Shown: piece after piece, positions 26,805 to 35,637 of the stretch
How the letters are laid out: each line of letters starts with the position of its first letter
Position numbering within the stretch: position 1 is the first letter of the stretch
Virus record (IMG/VR): IMGVR_UViG_3300048589_000316
Location: 1 to 50,765 of that record
Length of the DNA stretch: 50,765 bases
Origin: a virus
Lineage: Duplodnaviria; Caudoviricetes
Strand: one strand, 5' to 3'
Translations under genes and position numbers: made by a program
The notes under the pieces: model-generated
Databases searched by the model: none
What the model was told of the DNA's origin: nothing
Seen by the model: the letters and a program-made list of their open reading frames with translations, nothing else

Positions 26805-27096
26805 TGTTAAGGGTTTTTACATTCTTGTTTAAATCTGATTTCAAATTTTCGATCCTTTCCAAAACATCTGAATACTGAACTTCAAAAGTATCAACCCTCT
26901 TTTCAGCTTCATTAATTGTGGAACTTAATTTTTCAATATCTTCTTTGTAACGCTCTGAAAGTTTTTTTATAAGGGTTTTGTTGTTGAAATAAAGATATGC
27001 TAGGAAAATGAACATAATCGCTAAAAAACCATACATGAAATATAACTTGCGTTTCTCTGGACTTATTTTTCTTGAAAAGTTTATTTCTTCATTCAT
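26704..27096 (-). CDS. Putative i-spanin (Rz-like)
   Basis: One N-terminal TM helix plus a long coiled coil, after the endolysin. Confidence 0.55.
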   Translation of the reverse strand: MNEEINFSRKISPEKRKLYFMYGFLAIMFIFLAYLYFNNKTLIKKLSERYKEDIEKLSSTINEAEKRVDTFEVQYSDVLERIENLKSDLNKNVKTLNNEKAKINELNEKFKTLPNSVRDSILHEFIRSNQ

Positions 27097-27187
27097 AACT
27101 TTTAGTTTTCTTGTGGAAAATAATGATCTACAATATCATTGTGATACTCTTTTAAAAATTCAAATATTTGATCAGAGTTTAATTGTA

Positions 27188-27544
27188 TCACCTTTGCATT
27201 TCAAAATGTGGGGTATCAACAAAACCATCTTCAATATCATTCTTGTTAAAGTCTCCACCCCACCTATTATTATCATGCAACGAAACCCAATAATCTCCCA
27301 ATGGCTTTACGTCCTCATATCTATAGGTTAATTTGCCATTTATAAAAAAATTAAAATCAACTGCCAATCTATCCAAGTGCCTACTGTTCAATGTTTGGCT
27401 TTTCCCTTCTGATTTTAGTCGTTTCTGTTCTTCTAGTGACCTCCAAGCGTGTCCAAATGTTAATTCGATATTAATGGAATATGCGAACTCTATTAAGCAT
27501 CCAATGTTTCTTGTAAAAATCCTTTGCCTTTGTCCTAACGTCAT
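27188..27544 (-). CDS. Endolysin, M15-family peptidase
   Basis: R...EQ, SRHLDRLAVD, WGG and DTPHFE motifs. Confidence 0.9.
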   Translation of the reverse strand: MTLGQRQRIFTRNIGCLIEFAYSINIELTFGHAWRSLEEQKRLKSEGKSQTLNSRHLDRLAVDFNFFINGKLTYRYEDVKPLGDYWVSLHDNNRWGGDFNKNDIEDGFVDTPHFEMQR

Positions 27545-27660
27545 CCTAAAAATATTTTAAAGAAATAATATATCCTCCTACAAACTTCATAGATACCCCA
27601 TATAGTCAACACTATGGCTGCGAATATGATTATCTTGTATTTGTTGATGTGGATGTTCAT
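27541..27660 (-). CDS. Small membrane peptide (39 aa), possible holin or antiholin
   Basis: MNIHINKYKIIIFAAIVLTIWGIYEVC...; ATGA-coupled to the endolysin. Confidence 0.45.
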   Translation of the reverse strand: MNIHINKYKIIIFAAIVLTIWGIYEVCRRIYYFFKIFLG

Positions 27661-27661
27661 T

Positions 27662-29608
27662 TTAATAAGTTATCTTCCTTTCAATGTAGCATTCTATAAC
27701 ATCCCCGTTATTAAAGACATCTGCATCTACTCCGGCCCTTGATTCAATATCAGTTGTTATAATTGGGTGCCAATATAGTTTTTTCCTGAAATCAGTTAAA
27801 TCTTCTGTAGCTTGAATGTACATCTTAGATTGCTCTGAATTTTTGATATTAAAAACTTTTTGCTCAACCTTATATCCATGATTAGTCCCCCACATTGATG
27901 CAACATGGGCCAATTCTGCTCTCCTGCCGTCACCAGTGTTAAAGAAAATACCAGATATTACAGCGGTTGAAGGCGATAATGCATCTGTTCCGTCTGCCTC
28001 GCTCATCGTATTTATCGTGTTTTCAATATTTTCATATTGAACCCTATTGAAATAAGGGTAATATCCAGATAACATTGCAGTGTAGCACTTCTGAAATTCA
28101 GTGCCGTCCCTCAATATTAATAATTTATGTCTTGTATTAAGTTGGTTAAATCCACTAATTGACCCACTTAAAATGTGTCTTGTTGATTCTACAAGTGGAG
28201 TTTGAGCAACAACTTCAACACCATCTAATGTACTAGCTGAATCAGCTGCATACATTGTATCCACCCAATTAAATGTAAACTCCCTTGCTAAAATTGTTTC
28301 ACCAACAATATCTGAAGGGCTAAATTCTAAGCCGTCATAAAACCACTTTACATTATCCGTGTTTATACAACCATGTCCAACCCCTACGTGCTCCCCTTCA
28401 TTACTGAAATTGGTCATATTTATCCAATTAAAAGAGCCTTGTATAATTAAATTTCCATTATGTTTAATAGTTGGAGAATACCACGCATCCTCAGAATATG
28501 GAGCTCTTACTGATTTTTCAAAAGCGTGTACTAGATACTCACCACTTTCTGTAAGTGAATGAACCTCAAAGCTAGTTGATGAAATGCCTACTATTTTTAT
28601 AGGTGTTTTTAATGCTGTATTTTCGGGAAGGGCTTCGTTTTTTAGCTTTTGGCTATATGTGACAAAAGAGGTTGCTGAACCACCTTCTTCTAATTGTACA
28701 CTAGCCTTAAACGAGTTTATTTCATCGTCGCTTATACTGGATATAGTTCTAATGTTTACACCTACAAAAGCTGTAAGTGCCGGAGTGGTAAATGTTACAT
28801 TAGCAATACTTCCGCTATAATCTACAGCACTAATAAAAACCTTAGAAGAATTAAAATAAACAATCCTTTTTATTGCCCCTAACGCCCCTAATCCACTTAA
28901 TGTATATTCTGTTGATGCTGAAACAGGCGTATATCCTGACCTTATTGTGTTTACCGATGCTGTTATTACGCCAGTATTTCCAAAATATCCCCTAACTATT
29001 TCACTTGCATCTATAAGGTTTTTTGATGGTTCAAATTGGTTTCTTATTTCCGTATTCCTTTCTTCATGTCCGTCCTTTACCCATGCACTACCTACAACTG
29101 AATAATATCCGTTTTTTGAATCATCAGAATCATTAGATACCTTAGCAGTAGTTCCTGCGCTTGGCATGGGGTCAACAGCATCTAAAGCATCATAATCCTG
29201 GTAAGTTTTAACCCCTTCAAAAGCAATTAAATCAATATCATCTTTTAAATCTTCTGCCGTACCTGTATAAGTACCTTTTTCCAACTTAGCCTCTAAAGCG
29301 GTTGATGAGGCAGACCCTCCTGCCGAATTAAAACCCACATTATTAGCTCCCCACAATTCAATTTCATCAGCACTGGCAAATGGATCTCCATTGGCATCTA
29401 CAAAATCAGTATATGGTCTTCCTAATGCCGGCATAAAGTGCACTGGCTTCCTACTATCCTGCCCATCACCCTGAATAATTTCTATTAATCCATTAACATT
29501 CTTCCAAATCAATATTTTACTGTTCAAATAAGGCTGTGACTCGCCTGTAATTGTATTTGTTATAAAGAACTTCTTGCTTTCTCCTTTGGTTTCTATTTTA
29601 TATGCCAT
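27662..29608 (-). CDS. Putative tail-associated or receptor-binding structural protein
   Basis: KNL...VSASTEYTLS...VQLEEGGSATSF carbohydrate-binding-like module typical of tail appendages. Confidence 0.55.
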   Translation of the reverse strand: MAYKIETKGESKKFFITNTITGESQPYLNSKILIWKNVNGLIEIIQGDGQDSRKPVHFMPALGRPYTDFVDANGDPFASADEIELWGANNVGFNSAGGSASSTALEAKLEKGTYTGTAEDLKDDIDLIAFEGVKTYQDYDALDAVDPMPSAGTTAKVSNDSDDSKNGYYSVVGSAWVKDGHEERNTEIRNQFEPSKNLIDASEIVRGYFGNTGVITASVNTIRSGYTPVSASTEYTLSGLGALGAIKRIVYFNSSKVFISAVDYSGSIANVTFTTPALTAFVGVNIRTISSISDDEINSFKASVQLEEGGSATSFVTYSQKLKNEALPENTALKTPIKIVGISSTSFEVHSLTESGEYLVHAFEKSVRAPYSEDAWYSPTIKHNGNLIIQGSFNWINMTNFSNEGEHVGVGHGCINTDNVKWFYDGLEFSPSDIVGETILAREFTFNWVDTMYAADSASTLDGVEVVAQTPLVESTRHILSGSISGFNQLNTRHKLLILRDGTEFQKCYTAMLSGYYPYFNRVQYENIENTINTMSEADGTDALSPSTAVISGIFFNTGDGRRAELAHVASMWGTNHGYKVEQKVFNIKNSEQSKMYIQATEDLTDFRKKLYWHPIITTDIESRAGVDADVFNNGDVIECYIERKITY

Positions 29609-29625
29609 GATTTTATTTTTAAGAA

Positions 29626-29985
29626 TTAATAATTTTTACGTTTTAACAAGTTTTTGATTTCCTGTAGATCTTCACCAATTCGTTTTTGATTTTCACGTAT
29701 GATGATCAATTGTTCTTTTTCTTCTCTTGACATATGCGTGTTCACATCTTCCATGTGCTGCATTAACCTTTCTTTTTCTACCTCCGAAACAATATACTTT
29801 CCATTTCTAGCAATTGTTTCTGTCTTTTGACTTTCGGTATCAAATGTTCTATTGTTAATTGCATCAACAGCTTTAGGAACAAATGTAACTAAGTAACCTA
29901 ACATCATTGTCAATAAAGAAATTACAAGTGCTTTGTAAAGCCACTCATACCGGTTTCTTACTTTATCTGTCATAGTATAGCTCAT
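29626..29985 (-). CDS. Membrane protein with coiled coil (lysis-associated?)
   Basis: One TM helix and a heptad-rich C-terminus. Confidence 0.5.
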   Translation of the reverse strand: MSYTMTDKVRNRYEWLYKALVISLLTMMLGYLVTFVPKAVDAINNRTFDTESQKTETIARNGKYIVSEVEKERLMQHMEDVNTHMSREEKEQLIIIRENQKRIGEDLQEIKNLLKRKNY

Positions 29986-30338
29986 TTTCTTTTGAAACCA
30001 TCAACTGATTCCTGTTTTAAGAAATTAGTTTTTCTCTTTGCATATGATATAATCAAATCAGGCGCTCCACCTATAATTGCATATATTATAGATCCTAAAC
30101 TTGTAATATCCTGATTTGCAACCTTAGCAACATCTGGTGCAATAAGCCAAAAAACCACTGCACAAGTTATCGACAATAAAAACGAAAAAATAAGTCGGTT
30201 AACATTGTCCTTTAAAAAGAAAACCAAATCAAATCTTCTTGGGCTTTTTTGGCTGTCCTTGTCTCTTTTAAGTATGTCATACCATAAAGCTGCAAAGTAG
30301 CATACTATTGTGATAATAATCCATTTATATTCTTCCAT
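29982..30338 (-). CDS. Putative holin
   Basis: Three TM segments and a basic C-terminus. Confidence 0.55.
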   Translation of the reverse strand: MEEYKWIIITIVCYFAALWYDILKRDKDSQKSPRRFDLVFFLKDNVNRLIFSFLLSITCAVVFWLIAPDVAKVANQDITSLGSIIYAIIGGAPDLIISYAKRKTNFLKQESVDGFKRK

Positions 30339-30427
30339 TACTTCTCTATTATATATGGTTCCACGCTCTTGACCACAACCATCATTAAGATGTAAATGAA
30401 CGCTATGGTTATGTGTGGTTCCATTGG

Positions 30428-32395
30428 TTAAAATCCTGTTCTAATTAATTTCTTTTTGGTGCGCTTGCTTTGGTTGGTAGAATAACCTTCATTTCCTTCT
30501 ACTGGTAATACTGTTATTTCTGCACTATCCGTAAAGCCACCATCTGTTGTGGTAAATGTTACCAATGGCAATTCTTTTATTGCAACGTTGTCTATGGTAA
30601 TGTCCGTTACCCCATATCGCTTTATCATTAAAAAAGTATTGCCCGTGGTTGCTGTGAACTTAATAGTGTTCATTCCTACATCCTCCGTTAGAATATCCCT
30701 TAAGTCCAAATTGTCAGAAGATAAAAACCCTCCATTATAGCTTGTAATCTCATAGGTAAGTACATATGTTTTGCCTACGGTTAATACATCGTTTTGCTGT
30801 ATGTAGCTGAATATGTTTGTGGGTGAGTAAATACGGGCCACACCTCCTGAAATTGTGCTTTCTCCGTGTATAGTCCAATTTGCAGCACTTGAAAAATCAC
30901 CGTCCGTTACTTCATCTGGGGAATCCGATACTCCTGTAACATTTCCACTACTGTCAACCGTTGCCAGTCCAGTATTTGAACTGCTCCAAGTCCCTGTCTG
31001 GTCAAGAGCTGTAATAGGTGATACCGTCTTTACTAAGGCCATTGTTTCCCCTACTTCCAATGTTAATGTACTTGGTTCTACTCCTACACCATCCACATCA
31101 TTACCAGGTCCTTGACTTGTATCATTTCCATCTCCTGCCATATAATGCAGAAATTCCTCTAAATTTGTATAACCATCACCATCATCATCCCCATTCTCGT
31201 ATTCATCCAAATCGCCCCATCTGGCATTCTCCCAATCATCGCCCATACCATCACCATCATCATCAACATAAGGCGTTCCGCTTGTTATTGTTGGAAACCC
31301 TCCTACCGAAGATGGGGAACTTATTATATTTCCTCCACCTGATGAATAATACCCAATATTACGGGTGTCAATAGAATCTGGCCATAGATTAGCTCCTACA
31401 TTAGTTAATATAGAATCCAATCCTACCGACGAAATAGGCGTATATGGACTATCTGTATTTATTCTCGAACCGTTGCTGTAAGTTGTCCAATCACCATTCT
31501 TTAATCCATAACCATCAATGATTGTATTATCAGACTCCCAAGTAGAACCGTCTGATGCTGTTGAGCTTCCATTGTAACAAGAATTTCCGCTTGTCTGGTA
31601 TCTTAAAGCCTGTCCTGTGGCAGCAACATTGCTTCCGTTCTTATATATATTTCCTATCACATCCGCATAACTCCCATAAGCTACCTCTGTGCCTCTTATA
31701 TAATTATAAATAACATTGTTGACTACTTCAAATTCAATTCCACAAGTGGAAGGATGAAATTGCCTATCAGCATTGTTGGATAAATAGTTCTTTATAAATG
31801 AAACGTTAGCTATATTGTTCATCATAAGAAATGCCCGACTGCTTCCCATTGCTTCCGCAATAAGACAATTTTGAATTGTAACATTTCTAACTGAACTTCC
31901 TGATGCAATAGGATTAATGCTCATGTTCTCATCTTCTGCCCAACTTATCGAACAATGGTCGATAATCACATTAGAAATCTGATAGGCTGAATAAGCAACT
32001 ATATTAATACCGTCTTGATTCTCAATTGTTCCATCATGCCTAACCCTTATGTGTCGTATGATAACCTGACTTGTACGTATTGAAATTCCATAATTTCTTA
32101 TTGAAATGCCGCCGGGACTTGTTTCTCCAGCAATGGTAATATTAGGATTTGATATGATTAATGGTGAAGTAAGGTCTATGTATCCTGCTACCCTAAATAT
32201 GATTGTTCTTGCGCCATTAGATTCTATTGCAGCTCTAAGACTTCCACTTCCACTATTATTCAAATTTGTAACAAAAATAACATCACCACCTCTACCTCCT
32301 ACGGCATTTTGTCCAAAACCCACTGCACTAGGGAAAGATATTTGAGAAGTGCCTAAAAACCCGAACAGAAACAATATGTAAATTAATTTTTTCAT
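30428..32395 (-). CDS. Secreted pectate lyase (PL1-like) with Big_2 and CBM-like domains
   Basis: FPSAVGFG..AVGGRGG..VTNLN..G.GSLR, TIAGET.PG, IIDHCSISW..DE, DGDGYTNLEEF; signal peptide. Confidence 0.88.
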   Translation of the reverse strand: MKKLIYILFLFGFLGTSQISFPSAVGFGQNAVGGRGGDVIFVTNLNNSGSGSLRAAIESNGARTIIFRVAGYIDLTSPLIISNPNITIAGETSPGGISIRNYGISIRTSQVIIRHIRVRHDGTIENQDGINIVAYSAYQISNVIIDHCSISWAEDENMSINPIASGSSVRNVTIQNCLIAEAMGSSRAFLMMNNIANVSFIKNYLSNNADRQFHPSTCGIEFEVVNNVIYNYIRGTEVAYGSYADVIGNIYKNGSNVAATGQALRYQTSGNSCYNGSSTASDGSTWESDNTIIDGYGLKNGDWTTYSNGSRINTDSPYTPISSVGLDSILTNVGANLWPDSIDTRNIGYYSSGGGNIISSPSSVGGFPTITSGTPYVDDDGDGMGDDWENARWGDLDEYENGDDDGDGYTNLEEFLHYMAGDGNDTSQGPGNDVDGVGVEPSTLTLEVGETMALVKTVSPITALDQTGTWSSSNTGLATVDSSGNVTGVSDSPDEVTDGDFSSAANWTIHGESTISGGVARIYSPTNIFSYIQQNDVLTVGKTYVLTYEITSYNGGFLSSDNLDLRDILTEDVGMNTIKFTATTGNTFLMIKRYGVTDITIDNVAIKELPLVTFTTTDGGFTDSAEITVLPVEGNEGYSTNQSKRTKKKLIRTGF

Positions 32396-32396
32396 A

Positions 32397-32993
32397 TTAT
32401 GTACTAATAACTATTTTATCAATTAATATTTGGCTTCCTGCTGTTGCTGGATTTATTGCTGAATAAAACCTTAATAGTAAAGTTGTACTATTCGTTGTAA
32501 CTGATAGGCTAACCTCATGCCATTCACCATCATCATTAAACGCCATAGATGGTGAGGAGGTTACCCCTGTCCAATTATATATCCCAGCATTAGATGAAGA
32601 TGTAGCTGTTAACACTTTATAGAAAAATGAAACATTATAAGTTGTGGCATTAGCTACGGAAAAACTAATATTAGCTCTATCCGATCCGTTGGTAGAAGTG
32701 CTTTCTATAAATATAGAGAAATCCCCATCTATGCTGTCCAGACCATAGCTAGATACCGTGGAATCACTTCCTGTAAATCCACCTATACTATCTGCTTCAT
32801 TCGTACACTCGCTTGCGGAGTTTCCGCTTGGAAATACATTTCCCGTTGTTAATGTACATCCTGAACTCCACACCACAACATCGCCAAAATACACTTTGGT
32901 TATTTCGGTACTTCCAAAATAAATAGCATCAGAATCCGATAGGTTTTGACCTAAACAGAAAAGTGGAAAAAGTAAAAAGATTAATTTTCTCAT
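32397..32993 (-). CDS. Signal-peptide protein with CBM-like beta sandwich
   Basis: MRKLIFLLFPLFCLG|Q; IYFGSTEITKVYFGD virion-type motif. Confidence 0.6.
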   Translation of the reverse strand: MRKLIFLLFPLFCLGQNLSDSDAIYFGSTEITKVYFGDVVVWSSGCTLTTGNVFPSGNSASECTNEADSIGGFTGSDSTVSSYGLDSIDGDFSIFIESTSTNGSDRANISFSVANATTYNVSFFYKVLTATSSSNAGIYNWTGVTSSPSMAFNDDGEWHEVSLSVTTNSTTLLLRFYSAINPATAGSQILIDKIVIST

Positions 32994-34564
32994 GGGCCTG
33001 TAATTAAATAAAGGATTCCATCAATAGGGGTCAAGGCATCGTATGCTGTTTGTGTCAATGGCCTAGAGGCTGGGTGTTGTAAAACCTCCCATGTGTTTGT
33101 GCCTGTTTTTCTAATGATTATAGTACTGTTAACCCCATACGTGCCACCAGCTTCGCCCGTTACACCTCCGGCATAGGCCAAGGTTATATTTCCTGCTCCC
33201 GTTTGTTTTAATTTAATTACCGTATTTACTGGATAAGGTACACTAGCATTTGTAGGAACCGTATAGGTTATGGCACTGGCATTGTCACCTAAAACTATAC
33301 CATCCGCATCTGTTATAAGTCCTGACCTACTAGATGTAAATGATTCAGAGCCCAATAACAAAGAATTGTTAATGGCAGTGTCTATGTAGTTCTTTGTGCC
33401 CGTTGCGCTATTGACATTAGTAGTTGTAGCCCCTGTAAAGTCATTGCTATTTATAAGTGTAGGTACGGCTTCCACGGCTATGGCCAAGTATTCCATTCCC
33501 GCTTCTACGTTGTCAGTAGGGAAGTATGTTCCTGAATCTGAAAGTGCAATTTTAACAGCATCTATCCCCGCACCAGAATTAATATCTGCGTTTAGGATGG
33601 TGTTGTCCAGTATTTTTGTAGATGTTACGGCTGCATCCGCTAGTTTGGCGTTGGTTATGGAGCCGTCTGTTACTGTAACCCCTGAAATCAATCCATCTAC
33701 ATAAGCTTTGTCCGTTAAATCAGTGTCGTCGGTCGGGGTTCCGCTTGCGTTTATTTTTGCAACTCCTATATAAGAGCCACCTATATTAATTTGATCAGCA
33801 TTCTGCCGTGAAAAAATAAAATCTCCTCCTATTTGAGAAATATCTTTGCCAATAAACCATCTTCTGTCTGAAACACCGTCTATTTGACCTTGGAATATTT
33901 GAGAATATATAATGGGATTAGCTTCAAATATTTGATTTGATGTCCATATATTAGTGCTTGCTTTTCCACCCTTCTCCGAATCAAGTTCATTAATAGCCGC
34001 CTGACCCGTTGTTGCTGCAATGTTTCCTGACGGTGTATGGGCTATTTTACTTCCTGATATTGCTGCGCTGTCAGATATATCGATATTTGTAATTGTTCCA
34101 TCAGTTATATGTCCACTATTTATAAATGACAATGTAGATAACGACCCTAATCCTAATGTAGCCCTCATAGTTGCTTCATCAATATCATCAATTACTGTTT
34201 TTCCAAAAGCAGATATTGTTGTATTTTCAGGAAGGGACAAGGTTTTTATATCTCCATCCACTTCATCATCCATCAAAGCCCCTGCATTACTTACACTTGT
34301 TGGTGTTGTAAACAGATTGGTAGAACCTTCCGCAATATCATCTGTATCGATCTTTGACAAAATAGTATATGAATCCCAATTTACTCCATTCCAAGACCAT
34401 ATTGATTTTGAAATGCTATCAAAATATATTTCACCAATTATTGGGGTAGATGGCGCATCCTTTGGAGCAATCCTTAAACCATCTGATTTAGGTATTTGTC
34501 TTTGACCATAAATAGATCCAGTTGCAAATAAAAGTAGTACAATGTAAATTAATTTTTTCATCAC
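32990..34564 (-). CDS. Tail-fibre-like protein with signal peptide
   Basis: MKKLIYIVLLLFATGSIYG|Q; DGSITNAKLAD repeats; KAYVD; LTQTAYDALT end. Confidence 0.65.
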   Translation of the reverse strand: MMKKLIYIVLLLFATGSIYGQRQIPKSDGLRIAPKDAPSTPIIGEIYFDSISKSIWSWNGVNWDSYTILSKIDTDDIAEGSTNLFTTPTSVSNAGALMDDEVDGDIKTLSLPENTTISAFGKTVIDDIDEATMRATLGLGSLSTLSFINSGHITDGTITNIDISDSAAISGSKIAHTPSGNIAATTGQAAINELDSEKGGKASTNIWTSNQIFEANPIIYSQIFQGQIDGVSDRRWFIGKDISQIGGDFIFSRQNADQINIGGSYIGVAKINASGTPTDDTDLTDKAYVDGLISGVTVTDGSITNAKLADAAVTSTKILDNTILNADINSGAGIDAVKIALSDSGTYFPTDNVEAGMEYLAIAVEAVPTLINSNDFTGATTTNVNSATGTKNYIDTAINNSLLLGSESFTSSRSGLITDADGIVLGDNASAITYTVPTNASVPYPVNTVIKLKQTGAGNITLAYAGGVTGEAGGTYGVNSTIIIRKTGTNTWEVLQHPASRPLTQTAYDALTPIDGILYLITGP

Positions 34565-34740
34565 TTATTTTTTCTAGTTGTTGACTCATAAAACACATTT
34601 CCATCTTCATCAAGTAACTTGATGGAATCACCATCCTTTACCATAGTTGGAATGTCTTTCTTTTGGTTTTTTAATATAATTATAAACCACATTATTAGAA
34701 CTATTGAAATAATGTCTAATGCAATTCTTAATGCTGTCAT
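34561..34740 (-). CDS. Small membrane-anchored protein (59 aa)
   Basis: Manual ORF MTALRIALDIISIVLIMWFIIILKN..., coupled on both sides. Confidence 0.55.
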   Translation of the reverse strand: MTALRIALDIISIVLIMWFIIILKNQKKDIPTMVKDGDSIKLLDEDGNVFYESTTRKNK

Positions 34741-35201
34741 GATCCGTGCGTTGTGTTAATATATGCTTTAATGTTCGGGTAGCTATCTGTTGCTGCATCA
34801 AAGGTATTCCATGGAAGATCTTTAACTATTCCAGAAACTTTTCTCATACTGTTCCCTTCATCATATCCATCGATTATATCATTTATCTCTACAGACTCAA
34901 AATCACCTTCCAGATCAGCTTTCCAAACCTGTAAATACCCAATTATAGCAAGTCTAGTTCCTACTAGGCTAGATGGGCCAATTAATGAAGTTGGTGAACC
35001 CCAATCCCCTGCTGTTTTTGGGCCATAAAGATTGTGGTTAGATATATCCAAATAATAATCTTCATTACTTCCTAATACTGAACTTGGAACACCAGTTCCA
35101 GATAATAAACTTCCACCAGTTCCGGCATCTAAGGTTACTCCTGCTTCATAAATTGAAATTTCGACAACATCACCATTGTCAAGTACGATTGTTTTAGACA
35201 T
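34737..35201 (-). CDS. Tail-associated protein
   Basis: SGTGVPS..LG...DYYLD....LYGPK...W fibre-type motif. Confidence 0.6.
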   Translation of the reverse strand: MSKTIVLDNGDVVEISIYEAGVTLDAGTGGSLLSGTGVPSSVLGSNEDYYLDISNHNLYGPKTAGDWGSPTSLIGPSSLVGTRLAIIGYLQVWKADLEGDFESVEINDIIDGYDEGNSMRKVSGIVKDLPWNTFDAATDSYPNIKAYINTTHGS

Positions 35202-35595
35202 TTGAAAAATCTTTAATTGTTAATACGTTGAATTTACCACCGACAAAAATCTTTTTATCACCGTCTGGGTACTCTATAAGTAAATGCCAATAGTATGTTG
35301 CAGCAGTCAATTGAATATCTTTTATCTCGCCAATTTCAACTAAACATAATGAAGCATCCTGAATATTTACAATTCCTGTTTGTGAATCTTCATCAATATA
35401 CAATCTTGATGTGGAACTTCTAAAAACTTGGAATTTTACAACACAACTTGTCAGATCTACCAATTGATCATTTACATACCTTTTACATGCAAATACTCTT
35501 GCTTCTAAGGTCGTTCCTTGAATAATGTCGTTAAAATTATAAACTGCAGCCATGTCAAACGTTTTACCAAAAATGGTAATAATAATCCTAAACAT
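35194..35595 (-). CDS. BppU-like baseplate protein (likely start MAAVYNF at 35553)
   Basis: QGTT, VDLTSC.VKFQV and GKFNV pattern. Confidence 0.55.
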   Translation of the reverse strand: MFRIIITIFGKTFDMAAVYNFNDIIQGTTLEARVFACKRYVNDQLVDLTSCVVKFQVFRSSTSRLYIDEDSQTGIVNIQDASLCLVEIGEIKDIQLTAATYYWHLLIEYPDGDKKIFVGGKFNVLTIKDFSNV

Positions 35596-35616
35596 GATTA
35601 AACTGGAATTGGCAGT

Positions 35617-35630
35617 TTTATAGTAGTAAA
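35617..35630 (-). promoter_or_regulatory. Late-motif copy TTTACTACTATAAA
   Basis: Exact 14-mer repeat. Confidence 0.6.
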
Positions 35631-35637
35631 TTTTTTC

